From an uncultured Sediminispirochaeta sp. (lineage in GTDB: Bacteria; Spirochaetota; Spirochaetia; DSM-16054; Sediminispirochaetaceae): a stretch of 64,000 bases of DNA. The notes under the pieces are model-generated. The model was given only the letters and a program-made list of their open reading frames with translations, did no database searches and was not told the DNA's origin. Shown here piece after piece: positions 15,892-25,506 of the stretch. Within the stretch, counting starts at the first letter, position 1. Every line of letters starts with the position of its first letter. The translations under genes were made by a program, and so were the position numbers. The DNA lies in the NCBI GenBank assembly GCA_964603735.1, contig CAZRWN010000003.1:22745-86744 (forward strand), read 5' to 3'.

Positions 15892-16956
15892 TCAGTACAG
15901 AATTGTATCTAATTCGAAGCCCGGCGCGTCTATGCGCTGCAGCAACTCCCGCATCTCCCGCGGAGTTATAGTTTTATACCGCACTTTACCGTTACGTCCG
16001 TCGCGACCGTCGCGGCCCTCCCGGCCAACCTTCGCCAGGTCTCCATCGGCATAGGCCCGGCCGGCCGCACCGCCGTATCCGCCCTCTCCCCCGGCTGCAT
16101 CCGGTTCTATAAAGTTAAACAGTCGCGCTTCAACCGCCAAAAGGGTAATATCGCCGCCGTATCCGCCGTCAGCACCGTCACCTCCGTCGCCTGGATCTCC
16201 GGCAACTCCCGGCACCGGATCCGGGTCGTCATCAAAGGTTCGTCCGGTTCCGCCGTTGCCGCCCCGGCCGCCGTCACCGCCTTCTCCGCCGGAGGCATCA
16301 ACTACCATCGCCTTCATTTCTGACAGGTACAGATCTTGATGCTCCACAGCATACAGCAGCAGCTTCTGCTGACCGTCGTAGCTGTAGCGGCTCAGTACTA
16401 AAGTGACATCCTCGCCCGGATACCCGCGGGTACCGTCGCTGCCGTCCCCTCCATCGCCGCCCTCGACCTCATCGGCCGCCTCTCCGCTGGCCGAGGCTCC
16501 GGAATCGCCGTCTTCGCCGTCCTTACCGTCGATACCGCTGTAATCAACTTTAGTAAAGCCGTCCCAGTTCAGGGGAAACGAGTAGCTCTGCTGAGGATAT
16601 GGATTCCCCTTAACCGCCAAACTAAATCCGTACAAATCGGTGTCTGCAGCATGAAAAGTCGACTTATCCGTACGCAGCTTTATACTGAAGCGTGCCTGTT
16701 GGACGAGTTCGAGATGCTTCAGGTTCGAAAAACGAAAATCACGATAATTCGGGTTTAAATGCAGTTCGCCAGAACTGTCCCGTACCCGAAAATCGATCGA
16801 ATACACAGTATCCGGCAGGAGCTCATCAACCTGTTTGCCGTCCTGGTCTTCAATGCGCATCTCGATTGAATCAATCTGCATGTCCTGGATCCCGGTTACG
16901 CAGGCACTGAGTAACATTACTCCCAGCAGCGGTAGCATATATTTGAAGCTTCTCAT
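15892..16956 (-). CDS. Predicted lipoprotein with a Gly/Asp-rich Gly-X-Y block region, unknown function
   Basis: The signal peptide has a lipobox-like LLSAC. Residues ~141-324 carry blocks such as GGDGGDGSDGTRGYPGED, GGEGGDGGRGGNGGTG and GREGRDGRDGRNGK, separated by short beta-like segments. SD AAGGAAG lies upstream. Confidence 0.65.
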   Translation of the reverse strand: MRSFKYMLPLLGVMLLSACVTGIQDMQIDSIEMRIEDQDGKQVDELLPDTVYSIDFRVRDSSGELHLNPNYRDFRFSNLKHLELVQQARFSIKLRTDKSTFHAADTDLYGFSLAVKGNPYPQQSYSFPLNWDGFTKVDYSGIDGKDGEDGDSGASASGEAADEVEGGDGGDGSDGTRGYPGEDVTLVLSRYSYDGQQKLLLYAVEHQDLYLSEMKAMVVDASGGEGGDGGRGGNGGTGRTFDDDPDPVPGVAGDPGDGGDGADGGYGGDITLLAVEARLFNFIEPDAAGGEGGYGGAAGRAYADGDLAKVGREGRDGRDGRNGKVRYKTITPREMRELLQRIDAPGFELDTILY

Positions 16957-16967
16957 ATTTTTCTTCC

Positions 16968-17471
16968 TTATACTAATTCAGGCTCTTCGTCGCGGTTTTC
17001 AAAAAACCACTCCTCTTGAAAGCCCTCGGCATCATCGACAATTGTATCTATCTTCAGGCGCACGTAGCGGCCGGTGGCGGTGGCCGCCACCGTACCGTCG
17101 GGCAGTAGCAGTTCGCCGGAGCCGGCAAAGACTTTGCTGCCCAGTTTGTCGATCCGCCCCACAATTTTCAACTCTTCCTCTAGAGGCACCGGTTTCTTGA
17201 AGCGTACATTCAGCTCCGCAGTTACACCCCATGCATCCGGGTCCTCTATCATGATCGCCCGGCCGATAGTCTCGTCGAGAAGAGCAGAAATAATTCCACC
17301 ATGCATGCGGCCGGGATAGCCCTGATGTTCGTGCCGCCCCTTCGCCAATGCCACGAGCTCAGCCCCTTCGATTTCATAAAACCTGGTGAACAAACTAAAA
17401 TCGTTTTCCAGCCCGCACACGATGCAGCTTTTACTGTTATTCTGTTTAGCGGTGACTTTGCGCTTTTCCAT
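16968..17471 (-). CDS. PaaI/hotdog-fold acyl-CoA thioesterase with an N-terminal Cys pair
   Basis: GRMHGGIISALLDETIGRAI is the hotdog thioesterase motif. I chose ATG 17471 (SD GGAGGAG) over the longer track ORF. Confidence 0.75.
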   Translation of the reverse strand: MEKRKVTAKQNNSKSCIVCGLENDFSLFTRFYEIEGAELVALAKGRHEHQGYPGRMHGGIISALLDETIGRAIMIEDPDAWGVTAELNVRFKKPVPLEEELKIVGRIDKLGSKVFAGSGELLLPDGTVAATATGRYVRLKIDTIVDDAEGFQEEWFFENRDEEPELV

Positions 17472-17591
17472 AACTCCTCCACACTCCATCATACAACCCA
17501 AACCGGTCGTGAGAAAAGAGCCCTTTCCCATTACTTTTTCCCACACCGAATATTTTGAAATTCTTCCCTTAATTGTTATATTTATTACAGA

Positions 17592-18182
17592 ATGAGTATG
17601 AATTATGACTTCGACAGAATCGACAGTTTAATAGAAACGGGCATGTACTCTGAAGCCCTCGACCTGCTGACCGGCATTTTGGAAGAAGAACCGGATAATC
17701 AGGAGGCGCTCTGGCGTATCGGAGTAGTGTTCACCGAGCGGAACGAACCCTTCAAGGCCCGCAAGGCCCTCCAGTATTTTTTTAGATTTCAGGAGGAGCA
17801 CCCCCAGGCTCTGGAGGCGTACGGCTGTGCTCTGTTCAAGATGGGACAAAACCAGCAGGCCTGCGAATACCTCGAAAAGGCCGAAAAGATCATGCCCGGC
17901 AGTTCCTCGATCAAGCGGAATCTGGGGGTTGTCTACAACCAGCTTGGTAAGCGGGACACGAGTTACTCCAAATTTAAAAAATCCTACGACATGAACCCCG
18001 AAGATTACCGCACTGGTTACGCACTGGCAATGGCTCACATCCACTTCAACCACTATGCTGCCGCCCGGGAAGTGTTGGAGCGTATGCTCAGCCAGCAGCT
18101 GCCTACCGATTTTCGCGAACTGGCCGACGAAAGCTACAAGTGGATCAAAAAGAGGCTCGGCCACCACATCGACAGAGATTGA
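17592..18182 (+). CDS. Tetratricopeptide (TPR) repeat protein
   Basis: 196 aa with a repeated 34-residue A/Y/L pattern (ALWRIGVVFTERNEPFKARKALQYF, AYGCALFKMGQNQQACEYLEKA). Confidence 0.7.
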   Translation: MSMNYDFDRIDSLIETGMYSEALDLLTGILEEEPDNQEALWRIGVVFTERNEPFKARKALQYFFRFQEEHPQALEAYGCALFKMGQNQQACEYLEKAEKIMPGSSSIKRNLGVVYNQLGKRDTSYSKFKKSYDMNPEDYRTGYALAMAHIHFNHYAAAREVLERMLSQQLPTDFRELADESYKWIKKRLGHHIDRD

Positions 18183-18207
18183 AATAGCTCAATATAACGT
18201 GTAAGTT

Positions 18208-19443
18208 ATGAACATGCAGTTTACACCCGGTGAACACCGCTTTCAGGTTTCAGAAATCACCGCACATATAAAGGAAATCCTCGAACAGAGCTTCTCAACT
18301 GTAACAATAGAGGGAGAGGTATCCAACTTTCGCCCGGCCAGCAGCGGGCACTGGTACTTCACCCTGAAAGACCACGATGCGATGATTCAGGCAGTAATGT
18401 TCAAATATCGCGCCTCCCGGGTCGCCTTCATGCCCGCGGACGGACAAAAAGTGGTGGTGCGGGGTAGTATCAGCGTGTACGCAAAGCGCGGCAACTACCA
18501 GATTATCTGCGAGAGTATGGAAAAAGCCGGCGAAGGCGATATTCTGGCGATGCTGGAGGAGCGCAAGCGCAAGCTTGCCGCCGAGGGACTGTTTGCGGAG
18601 GAGCGGAAACAGCCGCTGCCCTTCTTTCCCACCAGAATTGCGGTAGTCACATCGCCTAGCGGAGCGGCCATCAGGGACATTCTGCAGGTTCTCGGCCGGC
18701 GTTCATCCGGATTGGATGTGGTAGTGCTGCCGGCGCCGGTACAGGGCGAGAGTGCCGGAGCGAAGATAGCGGCACAGATACAGCGGGCCAATATGTTCAA
18801 GCTCGGCGATGTGATTATCACCGGCCGCGGCGGAGGCTCGCTGGAGGATCTGCTTCCTTTTTCCGAGGAAGCGGTGGTGCGGGCGGTAGCGGCATCGGAA
18901 ATACCAGTTATCTCGGCGGTAGGCCACGAAATAGACACTGCTCTGAGCGATTATGCCGCCGATGTAGCCGCACCGACCCCCTCTGCGGCGGCCGAACTGG
19001 TGAGCAAGAGCCGGGAAGAGTTGTTCGAGCGGGTCAGCAGACTGAGAGAGGAGATGGCCACCCGGGTTCAGAACCGGGCCGAGCACGCCCGGCTGCTGAT
19101 CCGCCAGTTTACCCCCGAAAATCTGGAAGAACGCTTCCGGCAGGTACTGCAGCCGTATCAGCTGCGTCTGGACGATGCAAAAGAGGAGACGGTGCGCGCA
19201 CTGCAGGATATTCTCACCACAACCCGCCACCGGATCGAAATGCTGAAAGCCGCTATCGAGAGCAATTCGCCCCTCGCGATACTGCAGAAGGGATATGCGG
19301 TGGTCACCGACCGCCGCAGCGGCGACCTGATAAGCGCTGCCGGACAGACCGCTGCCGGCAATGAGGTTGATATACGCCTTCACCGCGGCCGCATCGGAGC
19401 CACGGTAGATACCATATACGGCCATGAGGAGGAGACCCCGTGA
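18208..19443 (+). CDS. xseA: Exodeoxyribonuclease VII large subunit
   Basis: The N-terminal OB fold reads TIEGEVSNFRPASSGHWYFTLKDHDAMIQAVMF, followed by the catalytic core and a coiled-coil C-terminus. It overlaps xseB by 4 nt. Confidence 0.9.
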   Translation: MNMQFTPGEHRFQVSEITAHIKEILEQSFSTVTIEGEVSNFRPASSGHWYFTLKDHDAMIQAVMFKYRASRVAFMPADGQKVVVRGSISVYAKRGNYQIICESMEKAGEGDILAMLEERKRKLAAEGLFAEERKQPLPFFPTRIAVVTSPSGAAIRDILQVLGRRSSGLDVVVLPAPVQGESAGAKIAAQIQRANMFKLGDVIITGRGGGSLEDLLPFSEEAVVRAVAASEIPVISAVGHEIDTALSDYAADVAAPTPSAAAELVSKSREELFERVSRLREEMATRVQNRAEHARLLIRQFTPENLEERFRQVLQPYQLRLDDAKEETVRALQDILTTTRHRIEMLKAAIESNSPLAILQKGYAVVTDRRSGDLISAAGQTAAGNEVDIRLHRGRIGATVDTIYGHEEETP

Positions 19444-19697
19444 AAAAATTCGAAGAACGGCTCGAAAAACTGGAAGAACTGAATGAAAAAATGAAAGCCG
19501 GCAGCATTCCGCTGGATGAAGCGGTAGGAATGTTCGAGGAAGGCATCAAACTGGCGAAGAGCCTGGAAAAAGATTTATCCAAAATAGAGCGGAAGATAGA
19601 AATTCTGGTGAATGAACCGGACTCCCCGGAGGAAGAGCCGAACCTCGAGCTGTTTCCCGGCCTGGAAGCGACCCAGAACGAGCAAAACGAAGAATAA
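19440..19697 (+). CDS. xseB: Exodeoxyribonuclease VII small subunit
   Basis: 85 aa. FEERLEKLEELNEKMKAGSIPLDEAVGMFEEGIKLAKSLEKDL is the XseB helical hairpin. Confidence 0.85.
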   Translation: MKKFEERLEKLEELNEKMKAGSIPLDEAVGMFEEGIKLAKSLEKDLSKIERKIEILVNEPDSPEEEPNLELFPGLEATQNEQNEE

Positions 19698-19717
19698 GGA
19701 TAACAGGACACAACTGA

Positions 19718-21325
19718 ATGAGTTTACATACAGAAATAGAGAAACGAAAAACATTTGCAATTATCAGCCACCCGGATGCGGGAAAAACTACCCTGACCGA
19801 AAAACTGCTGCTGTTCGGCGGCGGTATCCGCACCGCCGGGGCGGTTAAAAACAACAAAATCAAGCGGAGCGCCACATCCGACTTTATGCAGATAGAGAAG
19901 CAGCGCGGCATATCGGTTGCCACCTCGGTCATGTCGTTCGAGTATAACGACAAGCTCATCAACATCCTAGATACCCCGGGCCATAAGGACTTTGCCGAAG
20001 ATACCTACCGCACGTTGACCGCCGTGGACAGCGTCATTCTGGTAGTCGATTGCGCCAAAGGCGTCGAGGAACAGACCGAAAAACTGATGAACGTCTGCCG
20101 GATGCGCAATACGCCGGTTATCATCTTCGTCAATAAGCTCGACCGCGAAGGCAAAGCCCCGCTCGAGCTAATGGACGAGCTCGAGGAGAAGCTGGAGATA
20201 AAGGTGCGCCCCCTGACCTGGCCGATCGGCATGGGCATGAACTTCAAAGGTGTGTATAATCTGCACGAGAAGAACGTCTACCTCTTCCAGCCGGGTAAAA
20301 CCAAGGTTGAAGAGGACCGCCTGCTGATCGATGACCTTCAGGACGAAACGCTGGACCAGCTGGTCGGCAGCAGCGCCGACCAGCTGCGTGAAGATGTTGA
20401 TCTGATCGAAGGAGTATACGATGACTTTTCGCATGAGGAGTACCGCCAAGGCGAGCTTGCGCCGGTGTTTTTCGGCAGTGCACTGAACAACTTCGGAGTA
20501 CGGGAGCTGCTGGAAACCTTCATCGACATCGCCCCCTCCCCGGAAAAGCGAGAAACCGACACCCGCTATGTCGATCCGGATGAGGAGAAGTTCAGTGGAT
20601 TCATATTCAAGATCCACGCCAATCTCGACCCCCGGCACCGCGACCGGATCGCTTTTCTGCGGGTCTGTTCGGGCCGCTTCGTGAAAGATCGCCCCTTCAA
20701 ACACGTACGGTTGGGGAAAAATCTGCGCTTCACCTCGCCCTACAACTTCATGGCACAGCGCAAGAGCGTTGTAGACGAGGCCTTCCCGGGCGATGTAGTC
20801 GGCCTGTATGACCGCGGCGACCTGAAAATCGGCGACACCCTCACCGAGGGTGAAGAGTTCACCTTTCGCGGCATTCCCAATTTTTCGCCGGAGATTTTCA
20901 AGGAGCTGATCAACACCGATCCGATGCGATCCAAACAGCTGGACAAAGGAATTGCCCAGTTGACCGAAGAGGGCGTAGCCCAGCTGTTCATTCAGGACAA
21001 GGGCCGCCGTAAAATTGTCGGCACCGTCGGCGATCTGCAGTTCGACGTGATCAACTACCGCCTCGAACACGAGTACGGGGCCTCATGCCGCTTCGAAGCA
21101 CTGAGTTTCGCCCAAGCCTGCTGGATTACCTCCGACGACCCGAAAAAGCTGAAGGATTTTATCCGTTTCAAAGAATCGAAAATCGCCTATGACGCCGAGC
21201 AGAACCCGGTCTACTTCGCCGAAACCCAATGGATGCTGCGGACAGTCATTGAAGATAACCCGGATATCGAGTTCCACTTCACCAGCGAGTTCAAAACCGA
21301 GCGCGAGCCTCTGCCGACCCGCTAA
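19718..21325 (+). CDS. prfC: Peptide chain release factor 3 (GTPase)
   Basis: [34 protein letters not shown] and NKLDR are GTPase motifs. The 535-aa length fits RF3. Confidence 0.95.
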   Translation: MSLHTEIEKRKTFAIISHPDAGKTTLTEKLLLFGGGIRTAGAVKNNKIKRSATSDFMQIEKQRGISVATSVMSFEYNDKLINILDTPGHKDFAEDTYRTLTAVDSVILVVDCAKGVEEQTEKLMNVCRMRNTPVIIFVNKLDREGKAPLELMDELEEKLEIKVRPLTWPIGMGMNFKGVYNLHEKNVYLFQPGKTKVEEDRLLIDDLQDETLDQLVGSSADQLREDVDLIEGVYDDFSHEEYRQGELAPVFFGSALNNFGVRELLETFIDIAPSPEKRETDTRYVDPDEEKFSGFIFKIHANLDPRHRDRIAFLRVCSGRFVKDRPFKHVRLGKNLRFTSPYNFMAQRKSVVDEAFPGDVVGLYDRGDLKIGDTLTEGEEFTFRGIPNFSPEIFKELINTDPMRSKQLDKGIAQLTEEGVAQLFIQDKGRRKIVGTVGDLQFDVINYRLEHEYGASCRFEALSFAQACWITSDDPKKLKDFIRFKESKIAYDAEQNPVYFAETQWMLRTVIEDNPDIEFHFTSEFKTEREPLPTR

Positions 21326-21348
21326 CATACACTAGCTTGGTACCCGGA

Positions 21349-21687
21349 TTACCGCTCCGGGTGCTTCCGAGAGTTTTCTTCGAACCGGCGGGCCTCGAAT
21401 TCCATTTTCAGTATTTTATGATCCAGCTCATTCAACTCTTCCCCGGCCCGGCTCTTAGCCTGAATCTCTTCGAGGGTCGGCACGTCATCCTGGAGGTAGC
21501 GACGGACCGCCTCCCGGGCTCTTCCGATAAGGCTCGACTCGGCCGATTCGTTGATGTAGTTGAGCAGTAGATTCTTGCTGGTATTCCGCAATTCCATGCG
21601 GGTCATGTGTTCTACCAGATCAAAATAGGCATGTAAAAAAGGACGTTCATCGGAAATAGTGTGCTCCTTGTGTGCTTCTGCATACAT
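21349..21687 (-). CDS. Hypothetical protein (112 aa, helical, charged)
   Basis: Clean ORF between prfC and a DUF192 gene. I recognise no motif. Confidence 0.4.
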   Translation of the reverse strand: MYAEAHKEHTISDERPFLHAYFDLVEHMTRMELRNTSKNLLLNYINESAESSLIGRAREAVRRYLQDDVPTLEEIQAKSRAGEELNELDHKILKMEFEARRFEENSRKHPER

Positions 21688-21702
21688 CTTAGCAGAACAA
21701 GC

Positions 21703-22134
21703 TCATTCAAGAAAGCGTTCCAAAGCTTCGATTTTATCACCCGGCTGCACTCCCGAGCGCGCAAAGGCACCCTGCGGCAGTTCCAGAGCGAAACGCACCG
21801 CCACCTCAGATTTAACCGGACGCAGCGACTCGGGCTGCATGTCATGGATGCTCTTGATCACACCGGCCTTAGAGATGTAGGCGATCGAGAGGGGAATATA
21901 GGTATTCTTCATCCAGAAGCTCAAATGCCGGTCGCGTTCGAAGACAAACAACATCCCCGCATAGTCCCCGAGAGAATCCCGGTGCATCAGCCCCTGCTGA
22001 TGTTCTTCTTCGCTGCGTGCGATTTCTACAGTATATGTATCCGGCCCTACCTCTATTTCGGCAGTAGGAAGCCCCTGATCTGCACTACAACCGGCAGACA
22101 TTATGAGCATCAACAGAATTAAAAACTTCATCAA
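21703..22134 (-). CDS. DUF192 (COG1430) domain protein, secreted
   Basis: The signal peptide is followed by VEIARSEEEHQQGLMHRDSLGDYAGMLFVFERDRHLSFWMKNTYIPLSIAYI, a DUF192-like pattern. Confidence 0.7.
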   Translation of the reverse strand: MMKFLILLMLIMSAGCSADQGLPTAEIEVGPDTYTVEIARSEEEHQQGLMHRDSLGDYAGMLFVFERDRHLSFWMKNTYIPLSIAYISKAGVIKSIHDMQPESLRPVKSEVAVRFALELPQGAFARSGVQPGDKIEALERFLE

Positions 22135-22745
22135 AATTGCTCCAAGAAACGTTCTCGATTCAGCCTCTCGAGTGATTTTTCACGGGTACTGCTGCGGCGC
22201 ATCTCTTCGAGAACCGGCATCGCAATGTATTTTACCCGCAGCGGCCGCTCAAGAGCCATCTGTACCTGCTCGTTTTCCCACACGGCTTTGTCGGGGGACA
22301 GGCGGTCCGGCTCTCCGTATTTTTCCTGCAGAGTACTGTACATAGTGTAATAGCCGATGCGATTGGGGTTCAAAATCAGGGTGATAGTGAACAACCCGTC
22401 ATCTACGAACTGAAATGAAGCCTGCTGAATAAAATCAAATCCGTCACACTGGATCAGAGAATCATTACGCGAACGCAGCAAACTCACATCCGGTTCTCCG
22501 CGATAGTTGAAGTTTCCATCGGCTTCCAGTTCCTGCTGTACCGAATCCAGATCCATCCCCAACAGAATCTGGTTGAAACCGGTCGGCAAAGCCTGAGCTC
22601 GTGCTTGAGCTTCTCCGTCATCCGGCACCTCGACAGTTCCAGCTCGGTCGGTTGGATTTACAGGTTCGGTTGTGGCTTGGGCCCACACACCGAGGGTAAG
22701 AATCAAGAGTACTGCCGCAGCAGACATACGGATCATTATTCTCAT
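22131..22745 (-). CDS. Hypothetical secreted protein
   Basis: 204 aa with a signal peptide (AAAVLLILTLGVWAQA). It overlaps the DUF192 gene by 4 nt. Confidence 0.5.
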   Translation of the reverse strand: MRIMIRMSAAAVLLILTLGVWAQATTEPVNPTDRAGTVEVPDDGEAQARAQALPTGFNQILLGMDLDSVQQELEADGNFNYRGEPDVSLLRSRNDSLIQCDGFDFIQQASFQFVDDGLFTITLILNPNRIGYYTMYSTLQEKYGEPDRLSPDKAVWENEQVQMALERPLRVKYIAMPVLEEMRRSSTREKSLERLNRERFLEQF

Positions 22746-22811
22746 ACTACGCTAATTATCGTCATTTCTCTACATTTATCTTAGGGCTTCATAGGAGGGG
22801 CGGATACGATA

Positions 22812-22848
22812 GTAAAAAAAAACCGGGTAGAAGAAATTCCACCCGGTT
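22812..22848 (-). terminator. Rho-independent terminator after the RRM gene
   Basis: Minus strand: AACCGGGT (22848-22841), loop, ACCCGGTT (22828-22821), followed by a U9 tract (22822-22814). Confidence 0.65.
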
Positions 22849-22865
22849 GTATATTCTGCTGCCGT

Positions 22866-23126
22866 TTAGAAGCGGGGACGACGTTCTTTGGCCACGTTGA
22901 CCTTCAAATTGCGTCCGCCGAACTCTGAATTGTCCAGCGCAGAGATAGCCGCATCAGCAGCCTGTTCATCTTCCATCTCAACAAAACCGAAGCCTTTTGA
23001 GCGATCGGTGTAACGATCGATGATAATGTTGGCACTTGCAACAGTACCGTACTGACCGAACAGATTTTCGAGTTCCTGCTCAGTAGTGTTGTAATTCATG
23101 TTTCCGACATAAATTTTCTTAGCCAT
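22866..23126 (-). CDS. RRM-type RNA-binding protein (glycine-poor Rbp)
   Basis: 86 aa with RNP2 IYVGNM and RNP1 KGFGFVEM. Confidence 0.88.
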   Translation of the reverse strand: MAKKIYVGNMNYNTTEQELENLFGQYGTVASANIIIDRYTDRSKGFGFVEMEDEQAADAAISALDNSEFGGRNLKVNVAKERRPRF

Positions 23127-23342
23127 AGTGTAGCATCCTTCTCCCCTGCCTTTCGCAGGGCGTAATAATATTGAGTATATGGAAGAAATAGTCTTAATCG
23201 TTCAGTAGGAAATTACTTTTTTGATGGGAGAAGAGACAGAAAAGAATCAGCTTACATCAACTCAGAGAATACCTATCGAAAATTAAAGAACAATACCGCA
23301 TCCGATATACGTATGTAAATATAACTGCTTTCCCATAATTAA

Positions 23343-23900
23343 TCAAGTAGGAGGAAGATTTAAATTTCCATCGAACTCACGATCGAGTATATCCATGAAA
23401 ATTTCATCATAATACTGCCCTCCCAGCAGAACACACTCCCGCCGCCGGCCGATTTCCTTGAACCCGACCTTCTGATAACATCTCTGCCCCGCCTTATTAA
23501 AGGAGCGAACCCGTAGATACACACTGTGAAGATTCAACAGGTTGAACGCATAATCCAGCAGTAGACGCATCGCCTCAGCTCCGTAGCCCTTTCCCCGGTG
23601 TTTCTCCTCGCCGATGAAAATGCCCAGTTCGGCGGTTCGCTGCACCAGATCTACATTCATCAAACCGCAGTTGCCGGTCAGTTCATCATTTTCTTTCTGA
23701 ACAATGGCAAAATTGTAGCCCTCTTTCTGCAGCTTTACCAGCATCTCGGCTTCCATCTCAAGGGAGATAATCTTCGGTGCGGTGGTCAAATTACAGGTGG
23801 TACGCAAATCATTCATCCAACGAGTATATTTTTCCGCCTCCTCAGAGCTCATTGGAGACAAAAAGAGCCGTTCTCCGACTATTTTCCTAAAATAAGGCAT
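23343..23900 (-). CDS. GNAT-family N-acetyltransferase (RimJ/RimL-like)
   Basis: 185 aa with the acetyl-CoA motif IGEEKHRGKGYGAEAMRLLLDYAF. SD GGGAGG lies upstream. Confidence 0.8.
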   Translation of the reverse strand: MPYFRKIVGERLFLSPMSSEEAEKYTRWMNDLRTTCNLTTAPKIISLEMEAEMLVKLQKEGYNFAIVQKENDELTGNCGLMNVDLVQRTAELGIFIGEEKHRGKGYGAEAMRLLLDYAFNLLNLHSVYLRVRSFNKAGQRCYQKVGFKEIGRRRECVLLGGQYYDEIFMDILDREFDGNLNLPPT

Positions 23901-24014
23901 TCAAACCTCCCGATATTGCATGCTTCCCATAGCCTACAACCGAAACACAGCTGGATGCAAGCCGGAAAAATAAATTGAATATACACTGTGATAATAAACA
24001 AATAAATAAAACAG

Positions 24015-24045
24015 ACGAATTTTGCTCATCCGGAGCAAAATTCGT
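24015..24045. repeat. Perfect 13-bp inverted repeat with a 5-nt spacer in a divergent intergenic region
   Basis: ACGAATTTTGCTC (24015-24027), ATCCG, GAGCAAAATTCGT (24033-24045). Confidence 0.7.
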
Positions 24046-24139
24046 CAACCGCAGTCCGCATTTAGCCTTTTCTGTAGTTGAAAGTATGTGATATGCTGTC
24101 GTGCAGCCGATTTCATCGCATTATAAAAGGGGGAGCACA

Positions 24140-24487
24140 ATGGATGAAGAGTTCGTATACTCCACCGAAGAAGGAGATCTGCGCAAACAGCACAAAGGCA
24201 AAAAAAAGAAGAACAGGGGAGACAACCCTCCCTCCGGTATAAAAAACGACGGTGTTATCCGAGTTCAGCGCGAGAGCAAAGGCAGAGGTGGAAAAACGGT
24301 TTCCGTTATCTACGGCATGCCCGGCTCCGAAGAGGAACTGCATGAGTGGTCAACCAAGCTCAAACAACAGTGCGGCACGGGCGGAAGTGTAAAATCGGGC
24401 ACCATTATTATCCAAGGCGATCAGGTTGATTCGATTGTTGCAATACTGAAAAATGCGGGATTTTCTGCCAAGCGAGCAGGAGGCTGA
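24140..24487 (+). CDS. SUI1/eIF1-family translation initiation factor (YciH-like)
   Basis: GVIRVQRESKGRGGKTVSVIYGM..LKQQCGTGGSVKSGTIIIQGDQ is the SUI1 fold. I chose ATG 24140, which follows SD GGGGGAG. Confidence 0.85.
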   Translation: MDEEFVYSTEEGDLRKQHKGKKKKNRGDNPPSGIKNDGVIRVQRESKGRGGKTVSVIYGMPGSEEELHEWSTKLKQQCGTGGSVKSGTIIIQGDQVDSIVAILKNAGFSAKRAGG

Positions 24488-24688
24488 ATGATGGATGGAC
24501 GCTACCGAGACAATGTAAAAACCGGCCAGCAGGTGGATGTTGTCAAAAAACAGGATCAGGGAACCGGACATCTGACCGATGGTGTGGTGGAACGGATACT
24601 CACAAAGTCGTCATACCATCCGCACGGCATCAAAGTAAAACTGGAATCCGGAGTAGTCGGAAGGATAAAAAAAATTTATAAATCATGA
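24488..24688 (+). CDS. YwbE-family small protein
   Basis: 66 aa. RDNVKTGQQVDVVKKQDQGTGHLTDGVVERILTKSSYHPHGIKVKLESGVVGRI matches the YwbE/DUF2196 pattern. Confidence 0.7.
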   Translation: MMDGRYRDNVKTGQQVDVVKKQDQGTGHLTDGVVERILTKSSYHPHGIKVKLESGVVGRIKKIYKS

Positions 24689-25455
24689 ATGTGTGTATTG
24701 ATACGCTTCTAAAGCGAAAATCGATCCGCAGTTACCTGCCCGCCGGAATTCCGGAGGAACAGAAGCAGCAGGTAATCAATGCGATGCTGCGGGCGCCGAC
24801 CGCCGGGAACCAGATGCTTTTTTCGGTCATCGATGTAGAATCTGCAGACCTCAAACAGAAACTCTCCGAAACCTGCGATAATCAGCCGTTTATCGCCACT
24901 GCACCCTGGGTGCTGCTTTTTCTGGCAGATTTTCAGCGTATGTACGACTTCTTTCATTTTTCGGAGGCAGGTGCACTGGTAAAGGCCGGCATCGCAGCCG
25001 AAACCAAGCCGCAGGAGGCGGACCTGCTGCTGGCCGCCTGCGACGCGCTAATTGCCGCTCAGACCGCTGTGGTAGCCGCCGAATCGCTCGGGATCGGCAG
25101 CTGCTACATCGGCGATATAATGGAAAATTACGAGGTTCATCGTGATCTGCTGGATTTACCGCCCTACGCCGCACCGATCACTATGATCTGTTTCGGGTAT
25201 CCAACCGAACAGCAAAAGAACCGCCCCTACACTCCTCGCCTCCCGCAGGAGTTGATTGTGGCGAAAAACAGTTACCGCCGACTTACTCCGCAGGAAGCCG
25301 ACGGCCTTTACGATGCGAATTTACCGCGCACGCCCCAATTTTTAGAAGGCGCACACAGCTATGGCCAGCACATCTACCTGCGGAAATTCAGCTCTGACTT
25401 CATGCAAGAGATGCGCCGGTCGGTCAGAGCAATGCTGTCAAACTGGAAGAAATGA
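24685..25455 (+). CDS. Nitroreductase-family flavoprotein
   Basis: RKSIRSYLPAGIPEEQKQQVINAMLRAPTAGNQ is the nitroreductase N-terminal motif. 256 aa. Confidence 0.8.
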   Translation: MNVCIDTLLKRKSIRSYLPAGIPEEQKQQVINAMLRAPTAGNQMLFSVIDVESADLKQKLSETCDNQPFIATAPWVLLFLADFQRMYDFFHFSEAGALVKAGIAAETKPQEADLLLAACDALIAAQTAVVAAESLGIGSCYIGDIMENYEVHRDLLDLPPYAAPITMICFGYPTEQQKNRPYTPRLPQELIVAKNSYRRLTPQEADGLYDANLPRTPQFLEGAHSYGQHIYLRKFSSDFMQEMRRSVRAMLSNWKK

Positions 25456-25486
25456 ACCGGCGCCTGTGAACCGGCGCCTGTGAACC
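25453..25486 (+). repeat. 14-bp tandem repeat (2.4 copies) starting at the nitroreductase stop codon
   Basis: TGAACCGGCGCCTG occurs at 25453-25466 and 25467-25480, followed by a partial TGAACC. Confidence 0.8.
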
Positions 25487-25506
25487 AGGCTCATAAGGAG
25501 AGAAAC

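Noticed and set aside
15877-15895. The 7-bp hairpin CTGAGGT-GAAAA-ACCTCAG spanning the stop codons of the convergent kinase and lipoprotein genes, as a bidirectional terminator.
   Set aside because: The stem is short with no flanking U/A tracts. It may simply result from two facing TGA codons, so I did not call it a feature.
18179-18214. A possible leaderless promoter for xseA: TTGAAA, 17-nt spacer, TAAGTT, then ATG 18208 or ATG 18214.
   Set aside because: The -10 match is poor (3 of 6) and the -35 overlaps the upstream TPR gene stop codon. Read-through from that gene is equally likely.
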